NCBI GenBank assembly: GCA_965603825.1
Contig: CBFDEM010000005.1
Coordinates: 558,001-622,000 of the forward strand
Reading direction: 5' to 3'
DNA length: 64,000 bases
Source of the DNA: Blepharisma stoltei ATCC 30299
Lineage: Eukaryota > Protista > Ciliophora
Shown: positions 24,678 through 35,539 of the stretch, in pieces
Layout of the letters: every line of letters begins with the position of its first letter
How positions within the stretch are numbered: the stretch's first letter is position 1
The notes under the pieces: model-generated
Told to the model about the DNA's origin: nothing
The model's database searches: none
What the model saw: the letters and a program-made list of their open reading frames with translations, nothing else
Translations under genes and position numbers: made by a program

Positions 24678-25712
24678 TTAATACTGAGGTGTATTTATTA
24701 TTTCTCGATTTTGGTACTCCATGTCTTGTTTAAAATGCTGGTTACTCTTAAAGTTGCTATAAAGTGTAAACAGCAAATGCAGACTCTCAACTAAACTCTT
24801 ATTGTTTGGCAAGTTATGCACAGGAATGTCCAATATCGCACATACAATTCTCACATAAGTTCCTAGGTCAACTTCCAAATCCGGCCCAGGGAGTTCTAGT
24901 GCATTCACTGCGTCTTCTACTTCTGCAGGCCAAACATCCATAAGAGTGTCAATATCTGGCATATTTTTTGAATAATTAACTGTTGGAGGTGGCTTTACGC
25001 GATGGGCATCAGCAATGTTTGATATCCAGGTCGTAATTTTCTTGGGATTTTTGTCAGCGTTTTCAATCGATCTAACTGCAGCCCCAGCGCCACCAGTTCC
25101 AGGTCTCTTGATCAGCGGTTTCAGCTTCAATTCCAACAGTGCAGGATCTGTCTGGTTTAATTTTGGCTCGTCGAGGGTGACTAGTCCTAAATCTTCATGT
25201 GCGCCATCAGGTCTTGGAATTTTCAAAAATGCGTCGACTTCTCCTACAGATGGGATATAATCAGGGACAAAAGGTCTCAGCTTCGTGTCGAGCTCAATTT
25301 GCTGAGGTTTGTATCTCTGGATATACTGAAAGAGCTCTTTTACTTCAGCTGAAACAGCTAAGTTTTGGTACTCTGCAGGATTGTAAGCACCTTTGATGTT
25401 GAGTTCTTCTGAGGCTTCTTCGCTCATGTTTTCTTGGTTCTTTTGTTGGAATGCGTTGGGGTGCATCATCATTTCATTTGATCGCCCCGAACTCCCGCCA
25501 GATTCATGGAATGAGCCTTGCGCTTGTTGACCGGGACTATTTTCGCTTGGATTACTTTCGACTTCTTCTTCTCCGCTGTCTCCTACGTCGAAGGCTTCGT
25601 CATAATGCATGTCTTTGATATCTGCTTGGTGCCCTGGCTGATTAGAACCTCCATGCTCCATTCCTGGGTCTTCTACTTCTTCGTATGATTCTTCATCACT
25701 CTCAAACTCCAT
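24678..25712 (-). CDS. IFT46: Intraflagellar transport protein 46
   Basis: Acidic N-terminus; YNPAEYQNL, LRPFVPDYIPSVGEVDAFLKIPRPD, LGLVTLDEP, MPDIDTLMDVWP, LHLLFTLY. Confidence 0.95.
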   Translation of the reverse strand: MEFESDEESYEEVEDPGMEHGGSNQPGHQADIKDMHYDEAFDVGDSGEEEVESNPSENSPGQQAQGSFHESGGSSGRSNEMMMHPNAFQQKNQENMSEEASEELNIKGAYNPAEYQNLAVSAEVKELFQYIQRYKPQQIELDTKLRPFVPDYIPSVGEVDAFLKIPRPDGAHEDLGLVTLDEPKLNQTDPALLELKLKPLIKRPGTGGAGAAVRSIENADKNPKKITTWISNIADAHRVKPPPTVNYSKNMPDIDTLMDVWPAEVEDAVNALELPGPDLEVDLGTYVRIVCAILDIPVHNLPNNKSLVESLHLLFTLYSNFKSNQHFKQDMEYQNREIINTPQY

Positions 25713-26052
25713 TTTCAAATAAAGTTATAGAAGCAGTTTATTAATAGTAGCATATAGATATAATAAAAATAGTCGGGTAAAATAATCCTAATGCTTCTCT
25801 GTTAAATAATTTATTTACATTTAAAGACAGGAATGATTATATAATATGGTAATAAAGATTAGTAATCCTATTAACCTCTTGCTACTGCATAAATGAAGTC
25901 ATAGATGCCATATACAAAACATTGGGCACTCGAAATGATACTAAAAAGTGTCTTTAAGGATAAATAAAAATTCCTAGCTGATAAATTATCCAAATGTCAA
26001 TATTCAGTAATCTAATGGCTTTAATTTATGGCCGTATTTATTATATTAAAAA

Positions 26053-26367
26053 ATGGCTGAGAGAAATCGATTTAAGTATATGAGATTTAACAAAGAAGGA
26101 AGAACTTCACAACTAGATGAAGAAAACGTGACCTTTGCCAGGAATGATGAATCTTCTCCTCGCCAAATTGTTTATAAAAACGAATGCCCAAAAGAATTTG
26201 AAAATTTCAAAAATTGCATGACTGAGCATGATAATAGACTATCGGAATGCGCTCATCAAAATTCTGACCTGGAGCATTGTGGCAAAAAGGCATTCAGTTT
26301 AATTAATGCTATGACAGAATCTTATGACTACCATAAAGGCCTACATAGAAAGGATGAGAATAGTTAA
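26053..26367 (+). CDS. Small twin-CX9C (CHCH) protein, probably mitochondrial intermembrane space
   Basis: CPKEFENFKNC and CAHQNSDLEHC are both C-x9-C. Confidence 0.7.
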   Translation: MAERNRFKYMRFNKEGRTSQLDEENVTFARNDESSPRQIVYKNECPKEFENFKNCMTEHDNRLSECAHQNSDLEHCGKKAFSLINAMTESYDYHKGLHRKDENS

Positions 26368-26430
26368 TAAATACTAAAATGATCTATCTTCTGAATTATC
26401 AATTTCTTGGTGGCATTTCAGTATTGAATT

Positions 26431-27177
26431 CTATTTCCTAATTTTAAGAGAAATGATTGACTCAAACTGCCATTTAGCATAATCTAATGTTGGCTCAGGA
26501 ATTTTTGACATCAGTGCCATAACGTCTTGTTTAGTTTTATTTGCTAATTCTGCAAATTCTTTCCTTTGTAGATCAGGCACAGCCAAAATTAAGCTTCTTA
26601 CACATTTCCGCAATTCAATGTCTATTTCATGCATCAAAGACTGCTGCTGAGGGACAGATATCAATTCTCTAGGCCTCAAAACTTCTGCTTCATTTGTCAG
26701 TAAAATTGCCTTTTGGCTCATTTTTTCTATCTCTTGAGACTGAATATGCTTTGAATTTTTCCAAAACTTTTCTTGTTGAAGTTTCTCATAATGAGTTATC
26801 AAAACTTCCTCAGTTACTTGATTTTCTCTCTGTAAATTTTGGCTGAGCGCGTTTTCAAGAGAAATATCAATTATTAAATGCAAGAATTTACTTGAATGCT
26901 GCTGTGCAATTCTTTTGTAAGGCTTGATTAGAGATTTCAAATGATTTACATCATCAATTAGTATGATTTTGCTATCACAATTATTCATAATTTCTAAAAA
27001 TCTTTCGAGGAATAAGATTCTTGCTTGATGGAAATTTTCCACTGAAAAGTTTCCTAATTCTCTTAAAATGTCATCATAACTTAGCAAAATCCCATCTAAA
27101 CTTCTTGCTAAATATTTAGCCAATGTAGTTTTTCCTGATCCTGGGCATCCCGAAATGACAACAACTATGTTATTCAT
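26431..27177 (-). CDS. PSTK: L-seryl-tRNA(Sec) kinase (PSTK)-like P-loop kinase
   Basis: GCPGSGKTT, LSYDD, LIDDVNHLKSL..YKRIA, ALSQNLQR, and C-terminal HEIDIELRKCV (cf. PSTK HxxDxxLR). KTI12 is the alternative relative. Confidence 0.7.
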   Translation of the reverse strand: MNNIVVVISGCPGSGKTTLAKYLARSLDGILLSYDDILRELGNFSVENFHQARILFLERFLEIMNNCDSKIILIDDVNHLKSLIKPYKRIAQQHSSKFLHLIIDISLENALSQNLQRENQVTEEVLITHYEKLQQEKFWKNSKHIQSQEIEKMSQKAILLTNEAEVLRPRELISVPQQQSLMHEIDIELRKCVRSLILAVPDLQRKEFAELANKTKQDVMALMSKIPEPTLDYAKWQFESIISLKIRK

Positions 27178-27192
27178 TTCTTACAAAATTAA

Positions 27193-28278
27193 ATGTATAA
27201 TGGTGTCGGTCTAACCACTCCAAGAGGCTCTGGGACAAGTGGATACGTCCAAAAAAACCTCGCTTATATCCAAAAGCCCACCACTCGTGCTGATTTCCAA
27301 AAAGAGCTTGCAGCTATCAAGGCAAATCCCCTTAAGCCGCCTAAAAAGCCAAATCCAGAATTAATTGAGCACGAACAGAAAAGGCAAATTGAAATCCATC
27401 TGATTAATTTCAAGAAAGCTCTTGAAGGGCAAGGACTTTCTCCTGAAGAGATTAAGGAAAGAGTTGACAATGCCAGAACTCATCTTTACGCAAAGCTGCA
27501 TGAAGCACCTTTACTAAACCAAAAATCAAGTCACCAAAAAGTGATACAAAAAAATGAAGAAATAGCGAAATTTCGAGACAGCTTTGGAATCAAGAATGAT
27601 TATGTCCCTGGCTCTTCTTTTGATTTTGAAGCATTAGAAGAAAAAAGACAGAAAGAAAAAGAAGACAGGGCTATGAAAAAAAAAATGGAAAAATTAAAAG
27701 TGCTAGAAGAAGCACAAAAGAAAGAAAAAGAAGCCAGTTTAAAGAATGAAAAGGCAAAAATCCCTATTGAAAAGGAGAAACCTAAAGAAGAATTCAAAAA
27801 ACCCTCAAAACCTATTGAAAATGCAGATAGAGAGCCGATGGAAGATGGAGAAATCAAGAGTGAAAGCTACCAAAAAGAAATAAAAGAGAATCCCAAAGAA
27901 AATCTTAAAAGCGAAGAAAAGACTTTGGAAAAGAAAAATGCTCCAAAAGAAAGAGGTCCCCAAAGAAAAGATTTAAGGGAGAAAAGGCGGTATTCAAGAG
28001 ATCGTCAATCTCGAAATTATCGGAGAAGTCCAGATCATTATAGAAGGAGAAGCCCGTACAGAGATAACAGGAGGCCTAATTACAGAAATCGAAATAAATA
28101 CTCAGACGATTCACAAAGTCCAGATTACAGAAAAAGTCCAAAGGAGTCAAGAGACAAAGCAAGGAGATACAGAAAATACAGTTCCAGCAGTAGCAGGAGT
28201 TTTAGAAGTCGAAGCTGCAGCCACTCAAGTTGCAGCGGGTGCTCTTCATCATCCTCATGTTCAAGCTGCTCTAGATAA
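27193..28278 (+). CDS. CWC21: Splicing factor Cwc21/SRRM2-like (cwf21 domain, RS-rich tail)
   Basis: MYNGVGLTTPRGSGTSGYVQKN; HEQKRQIE; YVPGSSFDFE; RS tail. Confidence 0.92.
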   Translation: MYNGVGLTTPRGSGTSGYVQKNLAYIQKPTTRADFQKELAAIKANPLKPPKKPNPELIEHEQKRQIEIHLINFKKALEGQGLSPEEIKERVDNARTHLYAKLHEAPLLNQKSSHQKVIQKNEEIAKFRDSFGIKNDYVPGSSFDFEALEEKRQKEKEDRAMKKKMEKLKVLEEAQKKEKEASLKNEKAKIPIEKEKPKEEFKKPSKPIENADREPMEDGEIKSESYQKEIKENPKENLKSEEKTLEKKNAPKERGPQRKDLREKRRYSRDRQSRNYRRSPDHYRRRSPYRDNRRPNYRNRNKYSDDSQSPDYRKSPKESRDKARRYRKYSSSSSRSFRSRSCSHSSCSGCSSSSSCSSCSR

Positions 28279-28295
28279 TTTTAATTCTTGTTAAC

Positions 28296-30683
28296 TTAAG
28301 ATATTTCTAATTCTCCTCTGTGGGCAATAGCTTCATAGGTTTCCACTATCTTTCTCTTTACTTCTTCAGCCCTTGGGCTTAATTTTGCTAAGCCTGCCCC
28401 AATTTCACTTCCAGTGATTGGATGAATTACTGTAAACAATCCTTCCGCATGATCTTGAAGTAATAAACCATTTCTGATATCAAACTTCCCATCCTTAAAT
28501 TCATTCGCAAAATAATCGAAAAAGCTAAATATCAAATGCCCCAGGTTGTACTGGGCGCTGTTAGATGTCTTGACTTCGTTGTCAAACCATACATCATAGC
28601 CTCCTACAAGCTTGGGCTCATGAGGCTTGTTTTGAAGAGAGTTAAGCAATGGAGGGTTTATTGTTTGCAGAAAGCCCAAGACTAAGAAAGACCAGTGATA
28701 GTTCTTCACGATGCTGGACACTCCTTTAGCTCTTGACCATATTTTTACAAATATAATGAGTTCAGTGACTAGTGAGTCAAGCGAACAGTATTTCTTGGCC
28801 AGAGAAGTGGTTTCTAATCCTATGAGGTCGTTGATAGATAAACTGAAAGAGTTTGGATATTGAGGAAACTTCATTTGTAAAGAGTAAGCTGTTTCTTTTA
28901 TTTCAAAGCTAGGATTAGCTGATAAGAACGCATTTTTAATGTTTTGAAGCGCTTGTTGAGGATTTGCAATCGATGGATTGATGACTGTCAAGTCAATATC
29001 TGAGTCAATCGTCCAAATTCCTGCAGACGTCGACCCCAATCCTTTAATTTCTGAATTTGGAATAACCCCAATTACTGTATTTTTAATTTGCTCAGTAATT
29101 TGCTTAATGATGTTTAAGTGCTCTTGTTTAGGCGTATATTTGTCAATGAGATTCATTGCTGAATCTTCAATTCTTGCTACAAGCTTTTCAATCTCTGCTT
29201 TTGACTTTTGGGCGTTTTCTTCTTTCTTTTTCTTGACATATGCAGGCTTCTTTTTTTCTTTCTTTTCCTCTTCCACTCCTTCCTGTTCTTTCCGCTTCTT
29301 TTCAGACCTTTTATCTTTTTTGTATGACTCTTTCAGTTTGTTGGATTGCACCTTTTCTAGCCATGCATTGAGCTTCACATTTATGGCATGCTCATTGTAT
29401 TCACTTAAAAAATGGGTCTGATTAACAGCTTTTACAATGACTCTCCAAGCCAGCATTTCCTTTTCTTTAGGCTTTGTGCTTCCTAGAGCTGCATCTAATG
29501 CGGCAAAGACTTCTTGCTCTCCGCTTTCTTTTTGAGATGCAATTTCAGCAAGTTTTTGACCTAGCTCATCAGCATGAACAAATTTCTCTTTTTCAATTGA
29601 ATTCATAACCTCTTTTAATAATTTTTCAACTAATTTGCTAATTTTCTCTTCATTTTTCTTCTTAGAGTGCCCTGCTTCTTGCTCTTTATAAGGCATCCCA
29701 GGCACTTCAAGTTTTTTGCCTTTATTTTTTTTAGATTTTTCTGGTTTTACTTCTTCTTGTGGCTCTTTTTCTTCTTCTTTCACATTCTCAGTTACTTTAT
29801 CTCTTTCTTCATCTTTGAATGAAACTCTTGTCTCTTTATGATTCCCTTCATAAATTCTAATTAAACTTTCATTAGGCTGAGACTGGACCTTTTTGCATAT
29901 CTCTCGGTACGATTCAAGCAGTCTTGTCTTCTGATTAGGAGTAAAGTTAGGCTCAAACTCCCTCAGGTTTCTTTCTATATGAGGTAACAAGGCCCCATGT
30001 CGTTCATCTATTTTTCTATCGAGCATAAAGTAAAGGGTATTGAAGACAAAAATACTAATTAACTCATGAGCTCTTATTTTCTTTTCCAAAATTATTGAGC
30101 ATCCATTTCGAAGACTTCCCAATACAGCAGTAATATCTGATTCATCGTTTGCTAAAATATCAACATCTTTTGGGTCAAGCGTGAAGATTTTGTCTGGCAC
30201 AGCAATCAATTCTTTATGTGCAAGACTAATTTTTACTATTTTTATTATTTCTTCATTTAGTTTCATCAGCTCAAAAAGAGAGTGCAGAACTGAGTTATAA
30301 GCTCTCGCTATCAGATCAGTCAAATGCTGATCAATGCTTGATTTGATTTCTGTAAAAAGATTGCTTGCATTCCTGAATTGCTCAATGATATCGTTTGTCA
30401 TTTCAGGCCGGGTTCTTTTGCCATTCGTTTGATTTTTGGCCCAGTCCGAAAATAGTTGCAACAGCCTGCATAGGATAATTCCTCTCGTTGATGGGTCCAA
30501 ACTTTGAGTAGCAGAAATTTTATAGAGGGTTTTTATTGCTGCTAAGTTTTTATATTTTGCTTGGTGCTGGCTGAGGAGAATTCCGATAGTTAATGGATTC
30601 TCAATCTTTTCTTTTGTATTGATAGCTCTTTCAAGAGCTGCCTGAGGCCCAGACTCACAAAATGCTTCTAATATAGGATCCAT
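28296..30683 (-). CDS. Non-canonical poly(A) polymerase / terminal uridylyltransferase-like protein (Cid1/TUT fold at C-terminus)
   Basis: LGSTSAG...DSDIDL, IFVKIWSR, LGFLQTINPPLL, NLGHLIFSFFDYFA; long helical, charged N-terminus. Confidence 0.8.
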   Translation of the reverse strand: MDPILEAFCESGPQAALERAINTKEKIENPLTIGILLSQHQAKYKNLAAIKTLYKISATQSLDPSTRGIILCRLLQLFSDWAKNQTNGKRTRPEMTNDIIEQFRNASNLFTEIKSSIDQHLTDLIARAYNSVLHSLFELMKLNEEIIKIVKISLAHKELIAVPDKIFTLDPKDVDILANDESDITAVLGSLRNGCSIILEKKIRAHELISIFVFNTLYFMLDRKIDERHGALLPHIERNLREFEPNFTPNQKTRLLESYREICKKVQSQPNESLIRIYEGNHKETRVSFKDEERDKVTENVKEEEKEPQEEVKPEKSKKNKGKKLEVPGMPYKEQEAGHSKKKNEEKISKLVEKLLKEVMNSIEKEKFVHADELGQKLAEIASQKESGEQEVFAALDAALGSTKPKEKEMLAWRVIVKAVNQTHFLSEYNEHAINVKLNAWLEKVQSNKLKESYKKDKRSEKKRKEQEGVEEEKKEKKKPAYVKKKKEENAQKSKAEIEKLVARIEDSAMNLIDKYTPKQEHLNIIKQITEQIKNTVIGVIPNSEIKGLGSTSAGIWTIDSDIDLTVINPSIANPQQALQNIKNAFLSANPSFEIKETAYSLQMKFPQYPNSFSLSINDLIGLETTSLAKKYCSLDSLVTELIIFVKIWSRAKGVSSIVKNYHWSFLVLGFLQTINPPLLNSLQNKPHEPKLVGGYDVWFDNEVKTSNSAQYNLGHLIFSFFDYFANEFKDGKFDIRNGLLLQDHAEGLFTVIHPITGSEIGAGLAKLSPRAEEVKRKIVETYEAIAHRGELEIS

Positions 30684-31273
30684 TTTATATGCCAATATCA
30701 GATTCAATGTACTTTATCTTATGATACTCCAAATAAATATTATAGTCAATTAGATGCTATTTAGCATTCTAAATAATGATTATTTTTTGCTGATATTTTT
30801 CAATTATTTATAATGAATAATAATTTTTCTGCTGTCATTTGTAGGATTTAAATGCATTGTAAGTGTGTTTATCATCAAAGTTAAAACACTCCTGGTTTTA
30901 TGCTTAAATTTGAGGCCAATATGGCTTTATAATAAATTTATTGAAAGTTGTATGATGATATCTCAGCTCACTTTGAGAAAATCTATGAAACCAAACAACG
31001 ACTGATTCATAAAAACAAAATGATGAATTTTATCGGTGATCCATGATCAGATAATCGAGCTTTTTAATACTGATAACTTCATTTTCATATAAGGCTATCA
31101 TGCTCTTTCGTGATCCTATTCATATAAGGAAATCTCTAAATTCACTTTTAGAGGAATTGAGTAATGCATTGCATAATATATCAGTCTCTTCTGAGAAATT
31201 AAAGATTTAAAAATTAGATTTTTAATCCTCAGGCTCCTTTTTGTTTAATGTTAAATAATTAATTTATTAATTA

Positions 31274-32728
31274 TTAAACAATACTCTTCCCAGGTCTTCT
31301 CCTCTTAATCTTCTTGGTTACCAATACTTTGACCTGCTCAACCATTTCTTTGCTCACAACAACAGTTGCGGTATATGAATTTTTTGTTCTATCAGATGAT
31401 TCCACGTTCCATTGGCTTGGAAGTTCGATCTTCACTGATTCAAACTGCTCCTTATTCTCATTTAAAATCTTGATGCCTTCAGGCGACTCGCATATCCTTA
31501 TATTTTGAGATTGCTCATTTGAAATATTGATGCTTTCAGATGGCTCACTTATCGTAATGGCGATTTCTTGCTGAGTATTGTTATTTTTTAAGGTTTCAGG
31601 AGTGATCATATCATTAGAGTTAGGAATTGTGGTCTCATCTAGTTCGAAGATTGAGTTGTTGGTCTCGTTTGTATCATCTGGGGTTAATTGGATGTCGATC
31701 ATACTTGTGTTACTTGAGTCTACTTCTTCAGGTATCATAAGAGAAAGTAAAGCTTCATTCTTAATTTCCTTAAGAAGTATATTTTCACTTATAAGTTTAG
31801 GTTTTGCTGTGGTTTCTTCATTTTTTCAATTATTTGAAGTCATGAGACTAAAGCTTCTTTTAGCGATAGCTAAGCTATTTCTATTTATATTTGCTGTTGG
31901 TATCATTGTTTTTCTAGGAGTAGCATCAATACTGTTTAAGCCTGTTCTTGGAGAGGATTCTTGACTTGGGCCTATATTACTCATAGAACTGGTGGCCTCT
32001 TCGGTCGGCAATGTTGATGCTATTGTCTTGACAGCTTTATTTTTGCTAAATAGAAAGTAATAATCATTGTACTCTTTCATTATCAAAGCTCTAACTCCTG
32101 AGGCACTGACCAAGTTAGGGCATTTGACCACTTGCTTAATAAAGGCACTCTTTGGAATAAAAGCTCTGCCTTGCAAAATCAATTTCATTGAGGTTTCAAT
32201 GAATAACGGCTTCCCTTCAAGCAATTTACTTTCATAGTTATGTAATAAATCCTCAGGAATTTGGTCCATTTTCTTGCCCATTGCAGATCATACAAGACTG
32301 ATAGAAACATGGGCAATGTCTTGCAACAGAATTTCCACGTTTCGAGCTCGAAGGTTCTCTCCATACACTTGGTGAACGTCATGGAGTAAAGTTGCTTTCT
32401 GCTTTACTGTTCCTTTAGAAAGCAAAATTACCAATATTTTGAATCTTTTTGGATCTGTGCGGTTATCTTTTTTATATATATTCTCTATGATATTGTCCTT
32501 TTCAGACTTGAATATGCGAAACTTTGGCGGACACTTAAAAAGTTCAGAATATTCTGAGAGATTTTTTTCTGAAATATGACCCCTTGCTTCCTGTTTGGAA
32601 GCAATTAAATTAATTTTTGTCTGAGCTGAGATTGCGGGAAAATCCAGCTTTTTTTCCCATTTGCAAATCTTTTGTTCATTAGTGTGGAGTTGTGGAAGGT
32701 AGCCTGTGTTTGACGAAGTGCATCCCAT
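31274..32728 (-). CDS. Hypothetical protein with MGC acylation start and degenerate EF-hand-like region (484 aa)
   Basis: Three track ORFs join in frame via TGA; LLSKGTVKQKATLLHDVH resembles the NCS/calcineurin-B EF linker. Confidence 0.7.
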
Positions 32729-33335
32729 TTTATAATAATAAGTTATTTCAAATTATTGCTAAACTAATGGGTATTTTATATAAGGAAATAGATGCTAAAG
32801 CTATAATTTGTCATAAATTATGTTATGGCGAAACAAAAAGATTTATTAAAAATTATTTTAATAAGCATGTTAAATCATAATAACTTATTAATAAAAAATT
32901 TTAATTAGAAATATTTTAATAGGATTGAGGCTGCTTTTCGATATAGTTAGAAACCCATATTTTAAGTAAGCAATACTATACAACCATTTATATGCATGAT
33001 AGACGAAATAGAGTTCATAATTTGACCTACAAATTTGGCAGAATTATATAATATTTAAAATTCAAGTCAAAATAAATAACTTTTGTATAATTCTGATCAC
33101 TTGTCGTTAACATTTGATCGCTAGTGATTAGATTTCTTAAAATTAAGAATAGAATCTAAATTTTTACGTATATGCTAGACTCAACAAAATTATCAAGAGC
33201 AAGCATATTACTTAATAGTTAATATTATTATTTTTCAATACAAAAATAGATCCACCGACTTGCTAAATAATTAATTTTAAATTCACAACTTTTATAAAAT
33301 TATTATAGCATAATAACTCAAAACCATCCGAAAAA

Positions 33336-34199
33336 ATGATTCGTTCAAAATCCCTTTGCTCTCCAAGAATTGTAAGCAGCGCTTTGCCTACAGAACGTAA
33401 AAATATTAAGACAGCTCAGAAAGTCTACATATGAGAATCATCTATCCCGCAGGAATGAAAGCAGAATAAGAGTGTTAAGCTCGAACTAATCCATGTGTCC
33501 CAGACAAACAAAAATAAAAATACCCTAGATTTCCTTGTGGAAACTCAAAAGTACATCAATAAAATCTGCGGCAGAAGTCTTGACCAAATCAGAAATAATC
33601 AATTAATTTCTCCTTTGCTAAATTTAGCAATTGAGAAATCTGGCACAAGTAACATCCCTCGCAGAAAAAGAAAGTCGACCACTCAAAACATGTCGATCCT
33701 TGCAGAAGGGTCTAAAGGCTTGTTCATATCAGAACTGAGCCCTCCAAAGACAAACACCTTGGCATCAAAATCATACCTCAGTCCTCGAAGCATTTCCTTT
33801 CAAAAGCTTGCTTCAAAATCTCAAATAATAACAACTAAAAAACAACCAATTCCACTCATTGTGAATCAGCTTGGAACTGATTTCTTGCATCGGGTAAATA
33901 GTGAACAGCATATAATTCACAGTTATTCCATCCCCAATGGATTCAAACTTCAAAAACCTTCAACTTCCAACTCAATTCTCTTATCTCCTCGAAGTCAAGA
34001 CGAACAAATGGGAACTTTTTTGAATAGGTTTGAGAATTCGAACAGAGTCCCTTATAAAGTTCCTAGATCAAGAGAAGGGGTCAATGGATGAAAATTATCA
34101 GCAAGGAGAACAAGGGGGAAAAGGGAAAACACTGTATCAAGCATCTATCGAAAAATGAAGAGCAGCAGTGAAAGACTTATCCATACAGCAAATCAATAA
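33336..34199 (+). CDS. Hypothetical basic Ser-rich protein (287 aa)
   Basis: ATG 33336 to TAA 34197-34199 in one frame with three TGA. Confidence 0.65.
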
Positions 34200-34281
34200 A
34201 TTAATTATATCATAATTACACCCTGTTAGTTCTATTCTAATTTTCATTTTTATTTAAGCACCCAGAGTTCAAGCATTGACA

Positions 34282-35083
34282 ATGAATCCAAGAAATGCCA
34301 ATAAACTTGCGTCTCCTCTGAGTTCAAAATTCAAAAAATCTTCTCCAGTGAAAAAAATCCAAAAATTGCAGAAGCAAATTGAGATAGCAACCACATCAGC
34401 GCTTAAATCAGTTCAGCTCTATGAAGAAAGAAAAGAGTTTATGGATGTTGACGAAGGAGAGCTATGTGTAAATCCGCACCCAAACTTCGAGTTCAACGGG
34501 ATAAGCCCTATTAGATCAGAAGAATGCTCCCCTGAAATCAGCTTTGATTCCGATCTGAATGATCTACAAGTACAAGTCAAACCTGGGTCTGCATGTCCCA
34601 GGAAAAGAGACATGGACTCCTTTTTGAAATCGTCAATGAAATACGGCACAAAGGTCTCTCAGATTTTATCTGAGTCCGGGGTTGCTTCTCCACGAAAATT
34701 CAAACAAACATCACAGCCTACACAAATCAGCAGTTCGAAGCAGCAGTCAAAAAGTCAAAAATCGCTGAAAGAAAGCCCAAAAAATTTGAAAATTGAAAAA
34801 GAAGTTCAAAAGAAAATTTTGCCACTTGAAAGTCTGTTTAGTAAGACAGAGAACAGACATAGCATAGGGTATTTAACTTCAAGAGAAATTATGATGAGCT
34901 CGCTAACTAAGTTTGGTATGCTTTATTATAGATGGACTGAATAGTTTGTTTTCGTATGGATCAAGTGGCCCTGAGCATAGAAATTTGATAATTGAAGGAG
35001 AGATGGCTCCAAAAGCAAGAATTATATCAGGCCCAAGCTCTAGAGTAAAAGCAAATGCGTTATCCATAAAACGCCAAGCTTAA
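34282..35083 (+). CDS. Hypothetical Ser/Lys-rich protein, one intron (~261 aa)
   Basis: ORF continues after 16-nt intron 34916-34931 to TAA 35081-35083. Confidence 0.65.
34916..34931 (+). other. 16-nt intron (GTATGCTTTATTATAG)
   Basis: Fits consensus (A at position 10); removal extends the ORF by ~50 codons. Confidence 0.7.
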
Positions 35084-35539
35084 TTTAATCATTGTAAACT
35101 TATATAAGATCTTATATTGATAAGTTCTCTCAGATAAGCTAGCACAAGTATTTTCTATTATTTGATTTTGTCTCTAAGATTTGCTAATCAAAACTTGATT
35201 AAATTAATCAAATGGATCAGGAGCGGTCAAAAGTGATCATCTTTGTGCTCAAACTTATTTAAATAATATCAGCAATCAAACCTTTTCTCATAAGTTGCTC
35301 TGAATAGTTCATAGAAAACTCACAGGCTTCTTCCAGGTTTGAAGATTATAGCTCTATTTGTGTCCTTGACTAATACCTAGATTTATGATAAATGCATATG
35401 AGCTATTATTAGCCAACTCCATTTCTTTGCTTTTAATAGACATCTGAGTTATCAAGAACAGAATTAGAATCTTAAGCTATAAATTAAAGGCAACTTTCTT
35501 TGTACATCCATTATTTATTCTATTCTTGCCCGCTGTATT

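Noticed and set aside
35100-35512. Coding-like remnants on the minus strand (e.g. NLEEACEFSMNYSEQLMRKG); similar at about 37400-37600
   Set aside because: Interrupted by TAA/TAG in the frames examined, with no recognisable parent; possibly decayed genes but unsupported.
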